A stretch of DNA of 62,962 nucleotides, counting the filler, from Platydemus manokwari (taxonomy: Eukaryota), in assembly GCA_037951405.1 (NCBI GenBank). It is 5 parts of 5 records of this genome, joined end to end, with 100 filler letters (N's around TTAATTAATTAA, not from the genome) between each part and the next. Parts side by side here need not be neighbours in the genome. Positions count along the whole stretch, not along the records: positions 43,466 to 53,542 come from JBBMOY011171656.1; positions 53,643 to 62,962 come from JBBMOY011265096.1; 3 more parts are not named here. One strand, written 5' to 3'. The translations under genes and the position numbers were made by a program. How positions within the stretch are numbered: the first letter of the stretch is position 1; every line of letters begins with the position of its first letter. Shown here piece after piece: positions 51,951 to 62,962 of the stretch. The notes under the pieces are model-generated. The model was not told the origin of the DNA and searched no databases. It was given only the letters and a program-made list of their open reading frames with translations.

Positions 51951-53542
51951 TTTGCACTAATTATTTGACATACTTATTTTGAAATGTAGATCGCATCTAT
52001 TGGAATACTTCAATTGCCGATATTAAATTCTTATAAAATGTATAATGTATAATAACACCATGTACATAACATTCACTGAAATACACAAATAAGCCTTTAA
52101 CTATGGAAGGTGACACCCCAAAAGCCAATTCATCCCAAACCAAATTCAAAAAATCAAGTTTCGAGTTGTCAATCCAATTGAAGATAATAAATGACATGAA
52201 ACTGATCAATTTTTGTTTTTCACTTAAACAATATTTGACTCATTAATCTGTTTATTGTGTGACTTATTGTCGTTTATTATGTTAATTTATTATATTATTG
52301 TGGAGGTGTTACTCGTTAATGTAGTAAAGCGAGGAAGATGGGGGTGATGGGAGAATAACGGCAATAAATATAAAATAAAATAAAATAAATAATAATCTAT
52401 AATAAGAATAAAATAATAAATGGCCAGTGTTATAATTATATAAAAATTAAGACTAAGAATAACAAATATAATAATTATGTAATAATATAAAATATAAATC
52501 AACAATTAACAAGAATAGTAAGCAGGGGCTGGTTCAGTAAGGTATAAATACTGAGTTTAGAACAGAGCCACTCACCAAAAAACCAATCAAACAAAAATCA
52601 CAGTCACACTAACACGAGGACAAAATACTTTCAACTGTGATCTCGAAATCGATAATCAAAATCTCGTAATTAATCGAAGCGGAACTGCGGCTTTAGAAGA
52701 GACATTAACAAAGGAATATATCTAATTTACGAGGAATTTTTAAGCAGTCCTTTTTCGAGGATCTTAACTGCAAGTGCAAGGATTGTTTCTGTTTTATTCA
52801 ACATTGAGAGTAAGCGTTATTTAGTTTTCGTGATCATTTTTCATTTAAGTAAAGCAATATTTTGTAAAATATTTCCGTAATTAAACATTATTGATAATTT
52901 GATAAATTGTAATATTGCCGAAATTCTCTTATTCATCACGCATCTTTCCTTCGTCCGCTTTGGATTTTGCAGCTACTTGCTGAGGCAACGTGCCGGCCAT
53001 TTAACAACTTTTTATTGTTCATTGTTTCAATCGTTATTGTTCCGTTTTTGTTTAGTAAATAAATCTTATTGAAACCATTATTACTACTTGATAATTAACA
53101 ATTTCATCAACACCGCGGGAATTGATATGAATTTGGTGATGATTTTACAGGAAGAATAATTGATTAAATTTTGCAGATTTACAACGATGTCATCGTCAAA
53201 GGATTCAGTCAACGTCTGACCTTTAGAGAGCACTATTATTAATTTTCCAATAGCGTGGTCATCATACTCGTTATTGAAAACCCTTAGGACCAGATAAAAT
53301 CAAATCACTCGTCATCAAAAACTTCTTTTCCATTTAATATACATAACAATATAACACAATAATAGTAATATAGTCCAAAACCCAAAGCATAAAAGTGATG
53401 AGTCTATAATTTAACATTTTAATTAAAAAGAATGAGAATGAATTATTAGAAAAGTAGTGAATTAGTAGAAAAGTAGAAATAAATTTATTTTCCTAAAAAT
53501 AAATAATAAAGTATAAAAATGATTTTAAAATTAAATTATTAT

Positions 53543-53642
53543 NNNNNNNNNNNNNNNNNNNNNNNNNNNNNNNNNNNNNNNNNNNNTTAATTAATTAANN
53601 NNNNNNNNNNNNNNNNNNNNNNNNNNNNNNNNNNNNNNNNNN
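53543..53642. other. Artificial scaffolding gap with six-frame stop linker
   Basis: 44 N + TTAATTAATTAA + 44 N. Confidence 0.97.
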
Positions 53643-54959
53643 AATTAATACACATTTGATACGTATTGTCATGCACACATTTTTCAATGTAAATCAATTG
53701 TTTTAATCAACTAGTTGGGTCAGAACCCCAACATTCCATTTGATGTATTTTAATTTGTTTAAAGACTTCTTAATGAATGATTCGAATGAGAATTTCATCA
53801 CTAAAATGATGTAGCTACGGCTAGCAATGCCTAAATACGGATATCTGTAAAAGTTTATTTAGTTATTAATCCATACCTCATGGTAAAGATTTATTTGACT
53901 TGTCATGTATTTAAAGGGCATTGAAAAGGCTTAGAACCTGGTCTGTGAATAATTTCAAATTTGTGATAAACAATTAAGTTAAATAATATTTAAAATTGAA
54001 GAAAATTTTATGGTGATGAAATCATTTTCATAATTGTTTATATTATTTCTTTTAAAAAATTGTTTTTTAGATTTTTAATGTGATTTTAAAGCTTGAATAG
54101 TAAAGTATAGTAGATTATAAATTATATATATAACTTAAGCTTTATTAACAAAATATTAATATATGCTGAGGCCTACTTCAAAAGTATCTTTCGGATCAAT
54201 GCTCTCAATTTAGTTTGGTTGTCTTGGCGTCATTATAGTATTTAATTTGATTAAATAAGGGCTTAAGATGTTCAACCTAAAAATATATTTTATCACATTT
54301 TCAAAAAACATGTATATATAAATATATTTTTGATCATAGATGATTTTCAATATACAAATATATTTTTATTTTGTTTTATGTTTTTCTAATATTGTTTACT
54401 TCAATCTATTATTAAAAAGTCATTGATCGTAACATGAAATTTCTCACAAATAGCTTTGTATATGACAAGGACAGGAAAAATTTGTTTTACGTTTTCTTTC
54501 AATTTAAAGATGGTAGCAAATTTTGTTTCAGTATTCAAAAAAAAATTATTATTACATTATCTTAAAAATAATAATTTAAAATTCCTAAAAATTTGAATAA
54601 AAAATAATTTAAATAATATGACAAAGATCTTGGCTTTGGCATTGCTTGGTTTTATGGACATCCTTTCAATTTCCAAGTTACGAACATGTTGTATTTGCAA
54701 TTATATTTTATGACAGTGATTTTACAATCATCCCAGTTTTTTTTTGTTTGTTCTTTATTGTGACGTCACCTGACTCATAAATATTGATATTCTATGTGTT
54801 GAATTTTCTTGTGAATAAAAATTTAAAGTATGTTTTGTTCGGCACTTAGGATGTTTTAACAATTAGATATTATTCATAGTTATATCGATTCAGTCCTTCA
54901 GCTTAAGTTACTTCGATTACTTTTCAAAAATTGTTGTCAATGGTATACGGTATTGAATA

Positions 54960-55330
54960 GTCGACCTCAATGCTGTAAGCTGCTACTATTTTATAAGGCC
55001 CGAATTGAAAACGAATAGAAACGTCACAATACCAGATTAAATTGTTATAAACTATTCAAACTAATTGATGTTTTACATAAATTTGATTTTAAAACTTCAC
55101 CAATTTTAATTTGATATAAATCCTCACATCTCCTTTCTCCAAAGTCTTTGATTTTCCCTGAATTCTCAATTGTCTCTGTAACAAATTCTATTGATATTAA
55201 TGTCTCTAAAATTTTCTATTTCTTCTATACTTTACATCATCTGTTTGTCTTCTTTATATCTTCTCCATATCTAAACTTTTCCTTTTCAACATCTTCTATA
55301 CAACTTCTACACAACTTAGATAACAATACT
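54960..55330 (-). mobile_element. TRIM-like mini LTR retroelement, copy B (5'-truncated)
   Basis: On the minus strand a purine tract GGAGAAAGGAGA (55140-55129) abuts TGTGAGGAT (from 55128). Shared blocks TTGTGAC.TTTCTATTCGTTTT and AGTAGCAGCTTACA follow. Confidence 0.6.
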
Positions 55331-55409
55331 ATCAAATAGTACTTCAAACATTTCTACAGATTTTATCTCAAAAGACATTCGCATAATTGTTTGTGCTTGT
55401 TGGCCTATA

Positions 55410-55970
55410 GGATGCCTCACCTTTATGGAATTGTCATTGCTCATAAGATACCTTAATATTGATATGTGTGAATGTAATTGTCTCAATCGATTTTTTTTAA
55501 TCCGAGTTTTCTCAGAACTTTGTCATTTGTCGTTTGCCAGGTTTCGAGTACTTCGACCATGTTAGTGAATAATTCCATGGCTCATCCCGGTCTGGCTTTT
55601 TTAATCTCTTTCCCGCGGTCCTCGTATTGTTATATATTTTCATTATCTGTATTGATCATAAGGCGTTGTTCATCCATCGAACACATCACATCGATTAAAA
55701 AGATTGAACTGGTTCGGTTTTTAACTACTTACAAGTCAATTCGTAATCAATAACCCCTGAATTGGCAAGGTTTATTGACATGGATGTCAATATATTCGTA
55801 GTTTTCAATGACTGTGCAGAACCTAGGAATGAGACATTCTACATTTTGTAAAGATGTGTGTTTGTGAATCTACTTCGTATTGGCACTGTTTGCACTGTTG
55901 GGCCCTCAAATGCTTCTTGTTCAATGTACTCAAGGTATCAGAGCGTGCTTCATTCAAGAATATAAATTCG
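55410..55970 (-). mobile_element. 5'-truncated RLE-type non-LTR retrotransposon relic (CCHC + endonuclease), not in the ORF track
   Basis: Hand translation of the minus strand gives KARSDTL..QCKQCQYEVDSQTHIFTKC, RIDL*VVKNRTSSIFLIDVMCSMD and ETWQTTNDKVLRKLGL. Confidence 0.82.
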
Positions 55971-56048
55971 ACTATTTTTAATCCTTCGTTGAATTAATTT
56001 ACAAATTAAAAACTTCATTGAAAACAGAATCAAACATTGAATCGAACA

Positions 56049-57266
56049 TTATATTAAAAAAAATTTATCCTTAATTTTTGTTTTGCTAATTTTTAAATTG
56101 TTGAGCTTATTAATAATAAAGGAGCATTCTGTGGAAAAGTATTGCATTTTGATTTTTGGTTGTATAAACATTAACAGTTCTTCCACTATTTCGCGATTGT
56201 TATGGATCAATATTTGAATATCGTTCGATTTTGCTGGTTTTAAAACGTAAAATTTAAAGCAGTCAAATGCTGCCAATGACGTGGATGGTTCTTCGGTTAT
56301 CATTTGAATCATTATCGATTTGAGTATTTTGAAATCGGATAGAAATTTGTGGCTTGAGTATTTGAATTTGATATCAGCGAGAATCTCATGAATTAGCTAA
56401 ATAAGATATTATAGTTATAGTTATTATTATTGATTATTATAATAAATTATTAATAAAATGAAAAGGATTTTACTTGTAAAATGAATACTTTCGTGTGAAG
56501 ATTGGAATCACCAATTAGATCAATAATAATATTTCGTAAACTATGATAATTGTCGAATATAAAATCATCTGAAATCGTTTGATGGCCCAAAATCACTTTT
56601 TTCAATAAATCGAATGCATCACTGGCATCATCAAAATGTTTAGCTTTCAACAATTCCAATAATTTATTCACCAAACCCAGCTGCATGAAGTTGGCCGCAA
56701 TATTCGAATTGTCACACAGAATATGCAAAATCTAAACACGGAACATTATATATAAATTTGAATTTCCTTTTTATCAATAAATACTAACCCGATAATAATT
56801 GGAAAAATTAGAAGTGGTTTGGTCATTGTTAAATTTATCAAATGTTAATCGATTGACACTGAAACACTTGACAACGTCTTTCATCTGAAGGACGAATCGA
56901 AATAAATCCGCTACAAATTTTCCATCCTAATTAACGATAGAATTTGAAAATAAAAATCCAAGGATAAATAAATGAAATAATATTACCTCCAAAGAAAAAT
57001 AATCGATAAAATTCAGATAATAGAAAATATTATTGCGACATAGCATGTGATGTGCTATTTTCTGCATATCTATAGTTTGATCGGTGTGTTGTGAGAAATA
57101 ATCTTTCAGTTTTCCCACCAAATCGGTCAGTTTCGATTTGAGAATTTCGGAGTTTTGATCTCGTTTCAAAGCCAACTGAAAATGAAAATATATTAAATGA
57201 TGTTGACGTAATGATATGCGAGTAATTTACCAAAGTCATTGAGATGTTATTGAAAATGTCTTTCAT
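56049..57266 (-). CDS. Divergent Mo25/CAB39-like armadillo-repeat scaffold protein, 5 exons, ~320 aa
   Basis: Exons 57266-57231, 57175-56987, 56926-56789, 56731-56474 and 56396-56049 join in frame via GT-AG introns of 55-77 nt. Motifs FDDASDAFDLLK (Mo25 FDIASDAFATFK), LIHEILAD and AAFDCFKFYVLKPAK (EAFHVFKVFVANPNK). Confidence 0.8.
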
Positions 57267-57899
57267 TATGAGAGTGAATTGAAAAATTGAAATAACTGAT
57301 CTTGATATGATTCGATTTATATACATAATATGATGATGTAATGGTGGTGTTTCAGTTTCCGTATTTCGTGGCTTGTGAGGAACTCAATTATATAAAATTA
57401 GAGAACGCTGTCACGAAATTATTCAAATAATGTTTAATAAAATAAATAATATATCAAATAAATCATAGTTTTACAATTATCTCAGTACCGCGATTATTTT
57501 TTCGAATGAACTTGCCGGTTACTAATTCGAAAAAAGGTTTGTTGATTTGTCTCTTTCATGTGGAATTTTAATTTATAGATAACCCAATAAAAATCTAATT
57601 TTCGTTTGAATTTTTTATTGATATCCCTTGGAAATTTTGACGTGCATTGTATTATTAAAATATTCACCTTGATGTTTATTCTGAATGGCTTATGAATGGT
57701 CGTCAGCATATAAGTACTATGGTAATTTGATTAAAGATATTGTTATTATCGGAGTAATCTTGGTTTTAAAATTTTAAGTTTTTTCCACTCTGCGCGGATA
57801 AATTCTATAAATATTCTTGTTGATTTTAAAGCAATTTCTAAGTTAAATTCACAGTAGCTTAATGATTAATGTTTCTTCTTGTACTGAAAAAGCTTATAA

Positions 57900-59770
57900 A
57901 ATTATCAATCGTCACTTCTCAGGCCGACCTACATTGGACTACAAGTTTAAGTGTCAATATCTTACGGAGCTCAAGCAAACAATTAGAAACATCCAGCCAT
58001 CCTCAGCACCAACATCGCGGCCTACATTGGAGTAGATCATAGAACACTATTCAATTGCAGCTCCGTCTCCATTATCTGAAAACCTTTTACTTTCACCACT
58101 GTGCTTCAAGGACAACTCAAATTTCAAGCTGGTTACCTAGGCCGAAATACCTTCATACTAAGCTGTAAATTGATTACCCAAATAAATCATCCATAACACT
58201 ACCGCAGCCTCCAATAATGTATGATAATTAATTTTCGACATTATCTTACACAGATGTTATAGTTATTTTAGCTAACTCCGATTTGAAATTGGAAATCAGG
58301 CTGAACCATCATATTCTTATTGATTTCGATATTCATCTACAGATCCATGTCAACAAATGCGAATACCTCGCCGGAAACATCTTAAATAGAATGGATCTTA
58401 CTATCTTTAGCAAATTTGTGCCTTTTGTGAACAGTATCAATCTATATAAGTATCTAGGAGTCCCATTTTGTCTTCCAAAACATAAACTAGTCAATGATAT
58501 TCTTCAGTCAATTATTATCGACTTTGATGCAACAGCGGAATCTAGACTATATCCTTGACAGAGATTCCAAGCTTATAATACCTTTTAACACACAAGGCTA
58601 CTATTCAACTTCAGAATACAAGTTGAAACAAAAGTACTAGACTCCTGCACTCTTATCACAAACGGAGACGAAGAACCTTTCCTATCATTCGATAAGAAAA
58701 TCCGTGCCATTTGTCGCAAAGTTGTTAAGCTAGACCATTTAAAATTGAGCAATAACTTACTTCTATACGCTCCAACAAAACTGGGTGGAATTGGCCTAAC
58801 TTCTGATTTTGTGGAATATTGTATCCAAAACATCGTCTGCGCTTTCAGTTTCCAAACCCGAAATTCAGAACTTTCATGATCAAACCCCTAACTTATCTAA
58901 TGAAATACAGGCTACCGTTAAATGGTTCGGACCTAACAATTGCACTGTACTGGATATTGGAAAAAATAACCTCCAATAAAAAAGCACAAAAGCAACCTGA
59001 TAGAATACAAAACTAATGAAACTCTAAATTGATGTTGAATTCAGTACCATAACACAGAAATTCAATTTAAGATAGCTGTTATTCCGTACAAGACTTACTT
59101 CTCAAAAGACAACCGCAAGTAATTGTGTGACATCCTCCAAGAGTGGACATCAGGGACTTTCTTTAATGAATAGTCAATCATGAAAAACCAAAGCCGACTG
59201 GTGTACTGTTTTTCGGTCTCATGGTTTTCACAAAAACCTTTAAAATTTTTTAATTTATTGCTAGAAGCTTTGCTGCTGCTGAACTTCACGCCATACTCTA
59301 ACAAATTGAACAAATGAGCCTTATGCCGCCACTGTAGCATCAAACAGGAAACTTCGAAAAGACATGCAGTTCTTCTAGACCACCTCGGGAGTTGCTCTTG
59401 GATATGATAACGACATTAATTCTATACCACAAAGAATCAACTACAAAGCTAAGACCAGACCTTATCATCAGGAATAAGATCTATCGTTATGCTTACATCG
59501 TGCATCTAAAAATACCTTTTGATATAATGGATAATTTTTAACGAAACCGGAACCTTAATTAAGAAAAATACAGAAGTATAGGGACTGAAAACAACAAGAA
59601 ATCACGATTCAACACCAGCATAGATATGTATCGGAGTTCTCGGATCATGGCCTGGATAACTCACAAATAACCTTCATCCCCGGCTACCTAATAACCGGCT
59701 CACTAAGAGATACCTTCATAATATGTAAGGCACACACTAATCAGAGAATAATGAAAAACCCCTGGTGAAC
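57900..59770 (+). mobile_element. Decayed 3' half of a NeSL-like non-LTR retrotransposon related to 34000-39560
   Basis: YKYLGVPF, SRLYP*QRFQAYNTF, LLYAPTKLGGIGL, EYCIQNIVCAF, CRHCSIKQET, LRPDLIIR, LKIPFD and GVLGSW. Collinear with 38280-39480. Confidence 0.88.
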
Positions 59771-61372
59771 AGGAGCCTTCAATTTAATCACAGAAATTGC
59801 ACATCAAAATTAACAATGCAAACTCGAAAAGTATACAAGATAAAAGACAAATCTTAATAGAGTAACCTCCAAATGTACATTGCATATATAAATAAAATGA
59901 CTGATAGGCCGATACGATGACTAGTGCCATCGCGTCGTGAAGATTTTCATATTCAAGCAAAATAAATTTTAAATTTCTCTTGATCTAGATGACAATTGGC
60001 TTAAATCCATTTAAAATGAGATTGTTAAATCGTGAATTCAAAGTCTTATCTGATATTGATTTGGAAGAAATTATTACAAAACCTGTTGGAATTATCTATT
60101 GTTCAAGCAGTAACAACAATAACCCGTGTAATTTCGTTTTTACATCATTAAAGTATTCGTTTCTTTTATTTATAAGCCATTAATCAATGTGTTGTTATCA
60201 TTTATAAATCCGTTATTCATAATTTCAATGCAATCGAAACCTAAAGGGTCTCGGGTATTGATTTATGAATTAATCCGTCTCAATGCAACGAAGAAAAAAC
60301 AAGAAAATATTCGATTTCTCCTTAAAGGTATATTGATTATTTTTCCGATAAACTACAACAAATTTTCGAATAAAACATAAGCAGATTAAAGAGAATTATA
60401 ATTAATGACATGCAGACGCCAATCGAATCGCACTTAGCGAAGATCTGGGATATAATATTTCAAGATTTATCTACGACACAGATAATCGTTGGTAATGTCC
60501 AATTCGCTAATGTTGTTAAATATATTCATGATAAATTCATGAGTACTGATAGTGTTGGAAAATCAATTGTCGAAACGCAAACATCTGGGGAATGATCAGA
60601 TGGTATTGTTCACTGATACATGTCAAGCATTATTGTCATTCTGCAAATGCATTCTCTGATGCTATCTGATTGAAATCCCACAGAGAAAGCTAAGAGTTAT
60701 TTCGTTAAAAGAGAGATGCATTAATATTTCTCGTGCAAGTATTTATTATTGATTGAAACAATTAATGTAATCAACGATGATAATTAATTAGAGAGTTTGC
60801 AATAAATTGGATTTGCAATTATATATATACGTGTGTGTATTCTCCACGAAAATGTTAAATCTAGAGAGAAATGACTTTTGCTTTTTTTAGTTTGTTTTTA
60901 ATAATAAAAAATATTGATTAAAGAATTCTTGGGACTGAAATTCTTCAATTCTCAATGCCAATGTTACTACTTTGTCTAGCGGAGGTATTTCTTTCTAATA
61001 ATCCTCCAAGAGAAAACATTTAAGTTGATTCTGTTTAAGGTATATTTTGTAATACTCGGTACAAACGTTAATCCCAAAATGAAATCAATAACAAAACGTC
61101 TCGATGATCTTATAAGTTGAAATAAATAGAACTAAGTACAGTCTCAGACATAATCTGTTTCTGGCGGGTACTAAAATAGCTTCATAATGAATAAGGAATC
61201 TACTTCTGTCAAGCATAACACTAAACATTGTTCGATACTGATAATTACTACATATTGAATACCTCCTTATTACATTGGGTTGTAGAAGATTATTTTTGTA
61301 TAGAAACAAAAAGTTTTTACCTGTTTCAGCTTTTGGTTGAAATGTATAAATGCACTGTTCCGACCTTCTATA

Positions 61373-61909
61373 TGTGAGGATTTCAAATTAAACTGAGATT
61401 TTAAATATTTTATAATCAGATTTAAAATAATTATAATTAAAATATAATGTTGTGTCGTAACTTCTCAGTTTGTATTCAATGCATGCCTAATAAAAAAAAG
61501 TAGCGGCTTACACGGCTATTATTTGGATTCGATTCTAAGGTCTATGACTTGAAAGTATAGGAGGGAAGAACGAAGATAAATAGATAATGTACCCATGATA
61601 TAACGATATTACATATCATATAAGAAATGTAAATTTTTATATAGATAAACATCTAGAGAATTCCAAACTGAAACAATTAAGAATTCTGAGAAAATCAAAG
61701 ATTTTAATGAAAGGGAGATGTGAAGATTTTAAAATAAATAGAAATTTAAAAGATTTTACAATCAGAGTTTAAATATTTTAAAAATTAAAATTAATTAAAA
61801 ACAATCACATTTAAAATAATTATAACAAAATGATAATCTTCTGTCGTAACATTTCAGCTCGTATTCGATGCGTGATTCATAAATAAAAGTAGCTTTTTAC
61901 ACGACATCA
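61373..61909 (+). mobile_element. TRIM-like mini LTR retroelement, copy C (best preserved)
   Basis: LTR1 61373-~61520 (TGTGAGGAT...), TTTGGATTCGATTCT at 61522-61536, purine tract GAAAGGGAGA at 61709-61718, LTR2 61719-61909 (TGTGAAGAT...ATCA). Confidence 0.68.
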
Positions 61910-62962
61910 TTTCTTCCTGAATCACCCATTGGATATGCTTCAATCTTATTGACAAATAAGCGTGATTCTTGATAATGTGTTTTCAATAGATCGTGGTGTT
62001 TTGATTTATTTATTATGTTATACGCATAATTCCTGTAAATTTTATTGATTTTACGTGGGAATGGGGTGGAAACTTATTAAATTTTAACATGACTTCGTTG
62101 GTTCCCATGGTTATAACACTGAACTTGGTTGCTTGTAATTATTCACGGACCTGTTAATTATTAATAAATGTTTCGTGATCAAAAAAGTATTGTTAAAGAG
62201 GTATTTTATTCAACTAGCAGGTTTACTTCGCCATTTTCTGTTTTGAAATCTTTATACTAAAACAAAATCTTATAATATGGTAAAGATAAATTACTCACCC
62301 TTGGCATTATTCGACACTCTTGTCGCAAATATCTTAATTACCGCTGATCCGATTTTAGGATTTGTAAATGGGCGTCACTTAAATCTTTTTGCACATGTAG
62401 CGACGCCTTACAGTTGATATTGATTTTAAGATTTTCAATTTACTGTGTTTTTTCTTGTGCTGAAAAAGTCTTTACATCTTCTGAGACGATTACAAATTAA
62501 ATTAAGTCTCAAATTATGAAATAACATTTTATGAAACGATGATCAATGTGTGCTAAGAATAGATTTTATTCTGGTATCAATAATAGGTATATTAGTTTTT
62601 AAGAATTAAGTTTGACTATTTAGCGCTGAAATGATATCTGGAAATATCTTGACATCTTATTTCTTGATTTATGATAGTTATTGCGAATAATTGTTTTGCA
62701 ATATCTGATTGGATTGGACCATTTTGATATACAATTTCCACAAATGATACAATTTTAAAATACAATATTAAGAATCTTAATTTCTAATGACAATTCAATA
62801 GGAATGGGTAAGGGCACCTTTTCAATATTTTAAGCATACTTTCTTGGCATATTAAATCGATTTTACATTTCTTATATATAAACGAACTTAACTATTATAA
62901 TTGGCTTTCTGAGATTTATTATATTTCTTATTATTTTTCTGTCTGTCTTTTTGTTATTTATT

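Noticed and set aside
52290-52505. Hydrophobic Ile/Tyr-rich ORF
   Set aside because: Low-complexity AT-rich sequence, probably part of an LTR-like repeat.
38908-60690. Recurrent in-frame TGA at likely Trp positions (GIN*, GS*DS, LYP*QR) suggesting TGA=Trp recoding
   Set aside because: They occur only in decayed elements that also carry frameshifts and TAA/TAG stops. Host genes use TGG, and PGAP4 ends at TGA at the expected C-terminus.
61085-61309. 74-aa minus ORF with faint piggyBac-like MLDRSRF
   Set aside because: A single weak motif is insufficient.

Overview
AT-rich eukaryotic (animal-like) nuclear scaffold. It is stitched from several contigs: four 100-nt artificial gaps (44N-TTAATTAATTAA-44N) and one 144-N gap. 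Four host genes are recognisable. PGAP4/TMEM246 is intronless. A probable URB2/Npa2-domain gene (-), INTS10 (+) and a very divergent Mo25/CAB39-like gene (-) are all split by tiny GT-AG introns, mostly 31-60 nt. The rest is transposon debris. It includes five relics of restriction-like-endonuclease (RLE) non-LTR retrotransposons of the NeSL type, one of them near full length with an Asn/Pro/Ser-rich leader, Ulp1-like protease, RT, CCHC and RLE. It also includes a TRIM-like mini-LTR family in three copies, hAT and Mutator-like MITEs, and pogo, piggyBac-like, Gypsy-like and APE-LINE fragments. The host taxon cannot be determined from this window. The content is compatible with a flatworm-like invertebrate, but that is only an inference. 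All homology calls are from motif recognition by eye, not database searches. No rRNA, tRNA or CRISPR was seen.
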